Below, one piece after another: positions 40,164 through 47,806 of a stretch of DNA of 64,000 nt (position 1 is the stretch's first letter; each line of letters begins with the position of its first letter). A program made the position numbers and the translations under genes. This DNA is from Actinomycetales bacterium mxb001 (GTDB lineage Bacteria; Actinomycetota; Actinomycetes; S36-B12). Below the pieces are notes generated by a model. It made no database searches and had not been told where the DNA came from. It saw only the letters and a list, made by a program, of their open reading frames with translations. The stretch is taken from assembly GCA_004379115.1 (NCBI GenBank), contig NBNH01000013.1:4136-68135 (forward strand). The letters run 5' to 3'.

Positions 40164-41045
40164 CTGGTCGAGGGGCAAGAGCGAGACGCCCGGCAGGTAG
40201 CGGCGGAGTACGGCCTCCGGCCCGTCAATAGCAGGCCGGGCTTCTTCTCCTATCTGCGCAGCCTCTGGCAGCGCAGAACCTTCATCCGGGCCTTCGCCAA
40301 GGCGAGCGTCGACAAGCAGAACACCAAGAGTCGACTCGGCCAGTTCTGGCAGGTCATGGACCCCGTCCTCACCATGGCCCTGTACTGGTTCCTCTTCGGC
40401 TTCCTCATGGGCGGACGCGGAAGCGTCGAGAACTACACGGGATTCCTCGCCGCCGGCGTGTTCACGTTCGCGCTGATCCGTCAGTCGGTGACGGCGGGAT
40501 CCCGGTCGATCTCCGGCAACGAGGGGCTTGTGCGCTCGATTCACTTCCCTCGCGCGGTCCTGCCGATCGCTGTCGTGATGAAGCAACTGCGTGTCTTCTA
40601 CTACGCCCTGCCCATCATGATCGTCATCCTGCTCATCACCGGTGAGCCCATCACCTGGCAGTGGCTGCTGGCCCCCGTCGCACTGCTGCTCATCGTGATG
40701 TTCAGCATGGGCATGGCGCTGGTCATGGCGCGCATCGTGGCGACCGTGCAGGACATCTCGGAGATCCTGCCCTACCTGCTGCGCATCTGGGGCTACATGT
40801 CGGGGGTGATGATCCCGATCGCGGACCGACTCGATCGTCTGGGTGTTCCTCCGTGGGCGACGTTCATCATCGAGGTCAATCCGGGCACGGTCTTCTTGAA
40901 CTGCATGCGCGATGCGCTCATGGACTCGTACTTCTCGCCCGGCGGGTGGATCAACTGGGCTCTCGCCGTCGGCTGGGCGCTGGTGATGTTGCCCTTCGGC
41001 CTGTGGTTCTTCTGGCGCGCGGAGGACCAGTATGGCCGAGGCTGA
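40164..41045 (+). CDS. ABC-2 type polysaccharide/teichoic-acid exporter permease (TagG/Wzm-like)
   Basis: The track ORF starts at the ATG at 40356. However, the conserved N-terminus (FFSYLRSLWQRRTFIRAFAKASVDKQNTKSRLGQFWQV) is encoded in-frame upstream, where there is no ATG, GTG or TTG. Provisional CTG start at 40164, 3 nt after the dehydrogenase stop. The start coordinate is uncertain. Confidence 0.65.
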   Translation: MVEGQERDARQVAAEYGLRPVNSRPGFFSYLRSLWQRRTFIRAFAKASVDKQNTKSRLGQFWQVMDPVLTMALYWFLFGFLMGGRGSVENYTGFLAAGVFTFALIRQSVTAGSRSISGNEGLVRSIHFPRAVLPIAVVMKQLRVFYYALPIMIVILLITGEPITWQWLLAPVALLLIVMFSMGMALVMARIVATVQDISEILPYLLRIWGYMSGVMIPIADRLDRLGVPPWATFIIEVNPGTVFLNCMRDALMDSYFSPGGWINWALAVGWALVMLPFGLWFFWRAEDQYGRG

Positions 41046-41967
41046 TGACGACTTCGACGGCGTCGACTTTTCGGATGACATCGAGCTCGAGGGCGTCGAG
41101 CCACCAAAGCCCGGCGATCCCAACGCGCCGATCAAGGTCGTGGTCGACGACCTGCACATCCTGTATCGGGTCTGGACACCGCCGGAGGGTCCACCGCCGG
41201 AGGATGCCCGGTGGTGGCTGCGGCTGAGGGCGCGGCGTCCCATCTCGGTCAAACGCGAGGTCCACGCGCTTCGAGGGGTGTCCTTCATCGCGCGCCAAGG
41301 TGATGCCATCGGCGTCATCGGCAAGAACGGGGCGGGCAAGTCGACCCTCATGCGCGCCATCGCCGGCCTCCTTCCCGCCAACGAGGGGGCGGTCTACGCC
41401 GACGGTCAGCCGACCATGCTCGGGGTGAGCTCGGCCTTGATGCAGGCACTCCCCGGGTCGCGCAATGTCGAGCTCGGGCTCCTTGCCCTAGGACTCACCC
41501 CCGCCGAGGTCAAGGAGCGCTATCAGAGCGTGGTCGACTTCAGTGGTATCGGCAATGCCATTCACATGCCGATGAACACCTACTCGTCGGGCATGTCGGC
41601 GCGACTCAAGTTCGCCATCGCGTCAGCGGTGACGCACGAGATCTTGCTCATCGACGAGGCGCTCTCGACCGGCGACGGAGAGTTCGTCAAGCGCAGCAGT
41701 CAACGCATCCAGCAACTGCGCGATGATGCCGACACCATTTTCCTGGTGAGCCACTCCATGGGGGCCATCCGCTCGGCGTGCAACCGAGTGATCTGGCTCG
41801 ACCAGGGCAAGATCGTCGCTGACGGCGATCCCGAGGAGGTTGTCCGCGCCTACGAGCAGCGCTTCGGACTGCAGACCAAGAAAGCCCTGCGCGAACGGCG
41901 CAAGAAGCGCAAGGAGGCCAACGAGCAGGCTGCTATCGAACTGGCCTCGGAGCCGGGCAGCGACTGA
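41032..41967 (+). CDS. polysaccharide/teichoic-acid ABC exporter ATP-binding protein (TagH/Wzt-like)
   Basis: 311 aa. Walker A GKNGAGKST, signature YSSGMSARLKFA, Walker B LLIDEALSTGD. Overlaps the permease gene by 14 nt. No C-terminal carbohydrate-binding domain, only a short Lys/Arg/Glu tail. Confidence 0.85.
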   Translation: MAEADDDFDGVDFSDDIELEGVEPPKPGDPNAPIKVVVDDLHILYRVWTPPEGPPPEDARWWLRLRARRPISVKREVHALRGVSFIARQGDAIGVIGKNGAGKSTLMRAIAGLLPANEGAVYADGQPTMLGVSSALMQALPGSRNVELGLLALGLTPAEVKERYQSVVDFSGIGNAIHMPMNTYSSGMSARLKFAIASAVTHEILLIDEALSTGDGEFVKRSSQRIQQLRDDADTIFLVSHSMGAIRSACNRVIWLDQGKIVADGDPEEVVRAYEQRFGLQTKKALRERRKKRKEANEQAAIELASEPGSD

Positions 41968-41968
41968 C

Positions 41969-43045
41969 GTGCGCGTCCTGGTCGTGGCCACGGTCCAACA
42001 TCCGTTGGATGCGCGGGTCGTCGAGCGCGAGATCGGCGCGCTCCTGGAGGCCGGTCACTCGGTCACCCTGGTAGCGGCTTTCGCCGACGTCGGTGTGCCT
42101 CCGCCGCCCGGTGTTCTCCCCGTCGACGTCCCTCGTTCCTCAGGTCGGCGCCGGTGGGCTTCCTTAGCGATGGCGCGTCGCATCCTTCGACGCGAGGCAC
42201 CCCGTCACGATGTCGTCCTCCTGCATGACCCCGAGCTTGTTCCGGCCATGATCGGTATCCGGCACCCCTGCGTCGTCTGGGACATCCACGAAGACACAGC
42301 CGCCGCCATCGGCATGAAGTCATGGATCCCGAGACCCCTGAAGCAGCCGGCGATGGCCGTCGCTCGGAGCATCGAGCGCTATGCGGAAGGCCACATGCAC
42401 CTAATCCTCGCGGAGACGGCGTACGCCGACCGGTTCGCGCACCCCCACCCCGTCGTCCTCAATACGACGTCGGTACCTGATCAGGTAGCCGTCAGCGGTC
42501 GTGGTCGTGCTGTCTACGTGGGCACGCTCACGCGCGAGCGTGGGGGCGATGACCTCATCGCCGTCGGAGTGCTGCTCCGCCCCGACATCTCCATGGAAGT
42601 GATCGGCAATGCGCACGGCGACCTCGCACAGCGGCTGCGTGACGCCGACCATCGCCGAGAGGTGGCGTGGCGCGGCTTCGTCCCCAACGCCGAAGCGCTT
42701 CGATCAATCGAAGGTGCCACGGTGGGCCTGTCGCTCTTGCATGACCAGGCGAACTATCGCCACTCGATGCCCACGAAGCTCCTGGAGTACCTCGCCCGGG
42801 GCGTTCCCTTCGTCTCCACCCCGCTGCCGCTGGCACGTGACCTGGCCGAAGCGTCGGGAGCCGGAGTGATCGTGCCCTTCGGCGATCCAGGTGCCGCGGC
42901 GGAGGCGGTGCGCGCGCTCAACGAGGACGATGAGCGACGTCACGCGATGGCGGAGTCAGGTCGTCGCTGGGTGCGAGATAACGCCGACTGGCGGCGCGAT
43001 GGCGCTGCGTTTGTCGCTCAACTCGAGGCTTGGGCGCGCGCCTAG
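41969..43045 (+). CDS. GT4-family glycosyltransferase
   Basis: 358 aa from the GTG at residue 44 of track ORF 41840..43045, 1 nt after the ATPase stop. C-terminal motif HSMPTKLLEYLARGVPFVST. Confidence 0.7.
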   Translation: MRVLVVATVQHPLDARVVEREIGALLEAGHSVTLVAAFADVGVPPPPGVLPVDVPRSSGRRRWASLAMARRILRREAPRHDVVLLHDPELVPAMIGIRHPCVVWDIHEDTAAAIGMKSWIPRPLKQPAMAVARSIERYAEGHMHLILAETAYADRFAHPHPVVLNTTSVPDQVAVSGRGRAVYVGTLTRERGGDDLIAVGVLLRPDISMEVIGNAHGDLAQRLRDADHRREVAWRGFVPNAEALRSIEGATVGLSLLHDQANYRHSMPTKLLEYLARGVPFVSTPLPLARDLAEASGAGVIVPFGDPGAAAEAVRALNEDDERRHAMAESGRRWVRDNADWRRDGAAFVAQLEAWARA

Positions 43046-44115
43046 TCCTCGTTGGAAGCGGCAGAGTCGGAGTCCAGCAGCCGGGTGAGGGCTGCGCCGG
43101 CGGCGGCGGCGACCGCGTCAGGCGACGGAACTCCAGGATCCGCCGCGTCGGCCGCGCACTCCAGGTCGTCCATGTCGCCGTGCACCGCGACACTGCAGGT
43201 GCGCAGGTCGGCGAGATCCTCGGTGGACCACGCATGGACGCTCGAGCGGATGCCGGCCGGAAGTCCGAGGCGGGGTCCGCGATCGGCACGATCGGTCCAG
43301 CCGTCGCGGATGAGGGCGCGGTGCCAGGCGCGGATCTCGCGCCGACCGTGCCCAGCCGCGCGCGCGACGAGATTCAGCCCGTAGATGGCGTAGGTCTCCG
43401 CCCCCGTGAGCGAGACATTGGCGCGGTCATCGGGGATGGCCGGCGGCTCGACCGGAAGCGCGTCGATGCCCGCGGCAGCGCGGAACCGGCGCCAGGTCTC
43501 GGCGGGGTCGGCGGAGCCGGTGGGAACGGTGACCAGCGACACCGACCGTGCGACGTCCTGCCAGCGACGGACGAGATCGGGGTAGCGGTAGGCCCGCCAG
43601 AAGGCCCGGGCGAGTTCGGTCTCGTAGATCCGGCTCTGGCGTTCCTCGTCGCGCAACGCCAGGTAGGCGTCGTACGCCTCGAAGTTGCCATTGCGCATGT
43701 GCTGCTGCCAGGAGCTCGGCAGCACCCGGTCGAGCGCACGTGCGGTGATGACGACATCGACCGGCGCTGGCGCGAGCGCATCCACGACCGCACGCACGCC
43801 CGACGGTCGGAGCACCGACATCGCCTCGGCGGACAAGATCACGTCTCCGGGGGCATCGGCGACCGCACGCAGGAGCGAGGCGGCATCGGAGCCGTCCTGC
43901 TGAGTCCAGGCGTCGTCTTGGAGTCCGATCTCTCCGGCCGATCGAACAAGATCGATCAGGCCCGGTACGTGGTTGTGGTCGACTCGGCCTCGGGTGCGAA
44001 TCGGATACATGCCTGCAGGAATGTCACCCGACCGGACGAGCGACTGGAGCACGCGCTGGAGGTAGGTCGTCGCCGTCTTGCGCGGACCGATGTGCAGGAC
44101 GACGCGTTGCGCCAT
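43042..44115 (-). CDS. sulfotransferase-fold protein (paralogue 1; degenerate PAPS loop)
   Basis: 357 aa. N-terminal loop LHIGPRKTATTYLQRVL resembles the HIPKTGGTS-type 5'-PSB but has Ala for Gly. VVITARALDRVLPSSWQQHMRNG. Paralogue of 45111..46199. Confidence 0.45.
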   Translation of the reverse strand: MAQRVVLHIGPRKTATTYLQRVLQSLVRSGDIPAGMYPIRTRGRVDHNHVPGLIDLVRSAGEIGLQDDAWTQQDGSDAASLLRAVADAPGDVILSAEAMSVLRPSGVRAVVDALAPAPVDVVITARALDRVLPSSWQQHMRNGNFEAYDAYLALRDEERQSRIYETELARAFWRAYRYPDLVRRWQDVARSVSLVTVPTGSADPAETWRRFRAAAGIDALPVEPPAIPDDRANVSLTGAETYAIYGLNLVARAAGHGRREIRAWHRALIRDGWTDRADRGPRLGLPAGIRSSVHAWSTEDLADLRTCSVAVHGDMDDLECAADAADPGVPSPDAVAAAAGAALTRLLDSDSAASNED

Positions 44116-44117
44116 GT

Positions 44118-45101
44118 CTAGCCCCGGCGTACGCGCGAGAGCAGGGAACGCGCAAGCTCGCGAGGGTGCGTTCCGTCGCGTCCAGCGCGGTAGGCCGCCG
44201 CTCCACCCGCCGCGGCCGCAGCGGCACTCATGACCAGGGCGCCCCCGGGAAGCCGACGGTGCACCATCACGGCCACGCTGGCGAAGACTGCGGCGCCGAT
44301 GAGTGGCGCCAGCACGGCCGTCGACACCTCGGGGCCCTTCGTCGCGATGGGGGAGGGCGTGACTGAAGCGGACGGTGGGCCGGCGAGCCCGGCCTTACGT
44401 CGACCGATGGGCGTGTCGACGTCGTAGCCGTGCTGCACGAGCCACGGCGCGCACTCGGCCTCGACGGCGGCGACCTCCTCGGGCGTGAGGGTGTCGCGCC
44501 AGGCTCCCTCGCGTCCGTCAGTGATGTGGTTGGCGGTGACGCGAAGGTCGGGGTCGACGCCCGAGGCGCGGGACTCCCAGACACGCTCCTGCTGCTGCTC
44601 CAGACTGACGAGGGCATCGATCTCCGCCACGCGCTCGGGTGTGACCGGAACATCGAGGAACGCCGCCAGGTCGCGGATGAGGTTGGGGACGTCATCGCGG
44701 AAATCCTCGTAGCGCCCGACCCACAGATTCTTGCGTGCACGCCAGAACGTGTCGCCCTTGAGCTCGCGGCGGACGATCAGTTTGCTGTTCTGCGGCCCGC
44801 GCTTGGGGTTGCCCGGCTTGAAGCGACCCTTGCGGAAGAGTGATGCGACGACGTCGCGAGGATCGCGGTAGGTGTAGAGGTAGCGCACGCCGGTGTCGGG
44901 GAAGTCTGACTCCTTGAGCGATCCGCGGTAGTGGATCTTGGCCAGGAGCAAGTCGTGGGGATCTGCTGCGGCGGCCGGGAACGCATCGGGCTCGACCCCC
45001 CGCGGGTTGCGCAGCCCGGGCTGGCCGTCGACGAGTTGGCGGGTGATCTGCCACACGAGGGTGGACCCGGAACGATGCATTCCGCACACCAGCAGCAGCA
45101 C
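44118..45101 (-). CDS. PAPS-dependent sulfotransferase with C-terminal hydrophobic anchor
   Basis: 327 aa. 5'-PSB loop VCGMHRSGSTLVWQ and 3'-PB motif YTYRDPRDVVASLF. C-terminal hydrophobic stretches AVLAPLIGAAVFASVAVMV and ALVMSAAAAAAGGAAA. Confidence 0.75.
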   Translation of the reverse strand: MLLLVCGMHRSGSTLVWQITRQLVDGQPGLRNPRGVEPDAFPAAAADPHDLLLAKIHYRGSLKESDFPDTGVRYLYTYRDPRDVVASLFRKGRFKPGNPKRGPQNSKLIVRRELKGDTFWRARKNLWVGRYEDFRDDVPNLIRDLAAFLDVPVTPERVAEIDALVSLEQQQERVWESRASGVDPDLRVTANHITDGREGAWRDTLTPEEVAAVEAECAPWLVQHGYDVDTPIGRRKAGLAGPPSASVTPSPIATKGPEVSTAVLAPLIGAAVFASVAVMVHRRLPGGALVMSAAAAAAGGAAAYRAGRDGTHPRELARSLLSRVRRG

Positions 45102-45110
45102 CCGAGCAGT

Positions 45111-46199
45111 CTAGGCGCCTCGCGTCGGGACATTCGCGAGGTAGGCCATGGCGGCCCCGGCGGCCCGCGCCACTTCGTCGGCGTCAGGGCCGTCGCCCAC
45201 CGGTGCCTCGGGATCGACGAGCAGATCGGATTCGGGCCCGACGAGCAGGGCGTGGCTGGAGCGCAGAACCTCGGCATCGTCGTCGGCCCAGGCGCGGATG
45301 CGAGGGAGCCAGGTGCGCGGGATGCGCACGGGCGAACCGCGATCGGCCCGCGAGACGAAGGCGTCGCGAACGATGCGGCCGCGGAGCTTGCGGATCTCAG
45401 CGTCATCGGCCTTGACGCCGTCGACCTGCCGATTGAGGCCGGCCAGAACCAGGACCTCGGGTTCGGTCAGTCCCACGTTGGCCTCGAGATCGTCGATCTG
45501 CGGGGGTGTGTCGGGTAGCACGGTGCCGAGGTCGAGGGCGCGGCTGAATCGGTGCCAGAGTTCGTGGGGAGCCGCTCCGCGCCGCGGCACGGTGACGACG
45601 GTGACGGTGCGCGCGAAGGGCGCCCAGCGCTCGACCAGCGTGCCGATGGCGTAGGCGCGCCAGAACGTCTGCTCAGGATCGGCATCCCATCGGGCCGCGC
45701 GTTCGCGGGCATCGCCCTCGCCGCGCCGATCGGCTTGCTGGGCGAGGTAGCGAGCGAAGGGAGTGGAGCGACCATTGCGGATGTGCTGCTGCCACGAACT
45801 CGGCAGCACCCGGCCGAGGTCGCGGGCCGTGATGATCACGTGCGTGTTGGGAACGCCGAGGGACGACACAAGTCGCTCGGCGGCGGCGGAATTGATGACC
45901 GAGATGGCCTCACCAGACACGATGGCGGTGCCATCCCATTCGCGAACCTTGCGGGTGAGTCCCTCCCAGGCGCCCTCCTGGGCGCGGGCCTTGGCCTCGG
46001 GAACCCACGGAAACGACGACGTGCCGAGGAGACCGTAGGCGGCGGCCTCGTGGTTGTAGACCTCGCGTCGGCCGTGCAGCCGCAGGGGGTAGAGCACGCC
46101 TTCGCGCTTGAGGTTGCCGGACAGGCGCGACAGCACACGCTGCAGGTACGTCGTACCCGACTTCTGCGTGCCGATGTGCAGCAGCAGGCGCTCCGCCAC
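45111..46199 (-). CDS. sulfotransferase-fold protein (paralogue 2)
   Basis: 362 aa. LHIGTQKSGTTYLQRVL (K-S-G-T-T PAPS-loop-like) and VIITARDLGRVLPSSWQQHIRNG. Shares FWRAY, VTVP and ANVGLT blocks with 43042..44115. Confidence 0.5.
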   Translation of the reverse strand: MAERLLLHIGTQKSGTTYLQRVLSRLSGNLKREGVLYPLRLHGRREVYNHEAAAYGLLGTSSFPWVPEAKARAQEGAWEGLTRKVREWDGTAIVSGEAISVINSAAAERLVSSLGVPNTHVIITARDLGRVLPSSWQQHIRNGRSTPFARYLAQQADRRGEGDARERAARWDADPEQTFWRAYAIGTLVERWAPFARTVTVVTVPRRGAAPHELWHRFSRALDLGTVLPDTPPQIDDLEANVGLTEPEVLVLAGLNRQVDGVKADDAEIRKLRGRIVRDAFVSRADRGSPVRIPRTWLPRIRAWADDDAEVLRSSHALLVGPESDLLVDPEAPVGDGPDADEVARAAGAAMAYLANVPTRGA

Positions 46200-46285
46200 G
46201 TCGTCTCCCGGTGCCCGGGGGTGCGGGGATCGCGGACCCGGGAGGCCTCATCCTTCCACGCGGGGGGCCGTGGCAGGCTTCGCAC

Positions 46286-47188
46286 GTGCGCGTCGCGACT
46301 ATCGGCAACTTCGACGGCGTCCACCGCGGACATCAGGGGCTCGTCGGCCGTGCGGTCAGGCGGGCGGGTGAGGGCGGCAGCGCGGTGGTGGTCACCTTCG
46401 ATCCCCACCCCGCCGAGGTGCTGCGGCCCGATCGGGCGCCGGCGCGGTTGACCTCCCTCGATCGGCGTATCGCGCTGCTCGAACGTGCGGGGGCCAGCGA
46501 GGTGATCGTCCTTCCCTTCACGCGAGAACTGTCCGAGCAATCGCCGGAGGACTTCGCCCGCATGCTGCGTGACCCGGCCGGCATCGATGCCGATGTCGTC
46601 ATCGTCGGCCGCAACTTCCGCTTCGGCAAGGGCGCGACGGGGGACGTGGACTCGTTGATCTCCCTGGGCAACCAACTCGGATTCGAGGTCGATGTCGTCG
46701 ACCTTGCCGCCGAGGACATCCCGGGTCATGGGTCGGTCACCCTGGCCTCGACATACGTGCGTACCTGCATCGCCGAGGGTGACATGCGCGGTGCCAAGGC
46801 CGTGCTCGGTCGCCCCCACCGCCTCGAGGGCGTCGTCGTCGAGGGCGATCGCCGGGGTCGCGAGCTCGGCTACCCGACCGCCAACGTCGACATCGATCCG
46901 AAGGCGGCGATTCCCCCCGAGGGCGTGTACGCCGGCTACCTCGTCGTCGACGGGGGGCAGCGGCTGCCAGCGGCGATCTCGATCGGAACCAATCCGCAGT
47001 TCGACGGCCGGGAGATGCGCGTGGAGGCCTACGCCATCGGCCGCGACGATCTCGAGCTGTATGGGTCGTCGGTGGGGGTGGAGTTCATCGAGCGGCTCCG
47101 CGGCCAGGAGGTCTTTCCCTCCATCGAGGCCCTACAAGGGCAGATGGCCCGAGACGTCGCCGCGGCCAAGGCCCTCCTCGAGGGCTGA
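46286..47188 (+). CDS. ribF: bifunctional riboflavin kinase / FAD synthetase
   Basis: 300 aa from the GTG at residue 26 of track ORF 46211..47188. Motifs [12 protein letters not shown] and the C-terminal kinase region PTANV...GVY. Confidence 0.9.
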   Translation: MRVATIGNFDGVHRGHQGLVGRAVRRAGEGGSAVVVTFDPHPAEVLRPDRAPARLTSLDRRIALLERAGASEVIVLPFTRELSEQSPEDFARMLRDPAGIDADVVIVGRNFRFGKGATGDVDSLISLGNQLGFEVDVVDLAAEDIPGHGSVTLASTYVRTCIAEGDMRGAKAVLGRPHRLEGVVVEGDRRGRELGYPTANVDIDPKAAIPPEGVYAGYLVVDGGQRLPAAISIGTNPQFDGREMRVEAYAIGRDDLELYGSSVGVEFIERLRGQEVFPSIEALQGQMARDVAAAKALLEG

Positions 47189-47236
47189 TACCCTGGGGCT
47201 CGACGGTTCTGGGGCGGGCGCCCCGGAACTCGTGTC

Positions 47237-47254
47237 GGCCCGGGACCCCGGGCC
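47237..47254 (+). terminator. GC-rich hairpin downstream of ribF (possible terminator or rpsO leader element)
   Basis: GGCCCGGG (47237-44) and CCCGGGCC (47247-54) are perfectly complementary. It is preceded by GGGGCG/CGCCCC at 47211-24. No U-tract follows. Confidence 0.3.
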
Positions 47255-47294
47255 ACCGGTCTTCGGGCCGGCCGACGCGCCCGAGAGGAAGACC

Positions 47295-47564
47295 ATGTCG
47301 CTCGACTCTGCCACCAAGCAGCAGATCATCGCCGAATACGGCACATCTCCCCAGGACACCGGCAGCCCCGAGGTCCAGGTGGCGATGCTCACCCGGCGGA
47401 TCAGCGATCTCACCGAGCACCTCAAGGCCCACAAGCACGATCATCACTCGCGCCGTGGCCTGCTCATCCTGGTCGGTCAGCGCCGTCGCCTCCTGCAGTA
47501 CCTGCAGAAGACCGACATCACGCGCTACCGCACCCTGGTCGAGCGACTGGGCATTCGCCGCTAG
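47295..47564 (+). CDS. rpsO: 30S ribosomal protein S15
   Basis: 89 aa, the last part of track ORF 46692..47564. Sequence [16 protein letters not shown]...[12 protein letters not shown]...[22 protein letters not shown]. Confidence 0.95.
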   Translation: MSLDSATKQQIIAEYGTSPQDTGSPEVQVAMLTRRISDLTEHLKAHKHDHHSRRGLLILVGQRRRLLQYLQKTDITRYRTLVERLGIRR

Positions 47565-47806
47565 GGCGGATGCTCGACAACTGAACAGTCCACCCCACCG
47601 ACGCTGACTCACCGACGCGCCGTCGGTCCTCGGTAGTGGCTTCCGGGTCGTGCACCCGTGGGCCTCGATCGAAGACCGGCGCGGTCCGACGGGGACGGCT
47701 TGCCGTACCGCCGGACCTCTACGGGTATCAGACCCGCAGCCGGCGAGGGCGTCACGGCCACCCGCGAAACGCGCGGGCGCGCCGACGCATCTTGAAGGAG
47801 TAACCC
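47565..47806 (+). promoter_or_regulatory. structured rpsO-pnp intergenic leader
   Basis: 242 nt, the longest non-coding stretch in the window. Hairpins: ACCGACG/CGTCGGT (47611-27), a long imperfect GGTCCG...CGGACC hairpin (47683-47717), and CCCGCG/CGCGGG (47761-77). GAAGGAG SD precedes the GTG at 47807. Confidence 0.5.

Noticed and set aside
40356-41045. Taking the ATG at 40356 as the true start of the ABC-2 permease.
   Set aside because: This would delete the conserved N-terminal cytoplasmic segment that is clearly encoded in-frame upstream. It would also leave 195 nt of GC3-biased open frame unexplained.
37789-41381. Minus-strand ORFs 37789..40068 (759 aa) and 40074..41381 (435 aa).
   Set aside because: They are antisense to the GT4, nucleotide-sugar dehydrogenase, ABC-2 permease and ATPase genes, which carry Rossmann, GGHCIP and Walker motifs. 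The antisense products are low-complexity.
32214-46199. Glycopolymer locus considered as a mobile genomic island or prophage remnant.
   Set aside because: I found no integrase, transposase, tRNA, direct repeats or phage genes. Gene ends abut the flanking core genes, with CTAG overlap at truB. By eye the codon bias matches the flanks. I treat it as an accessory chromosomal locus instead.
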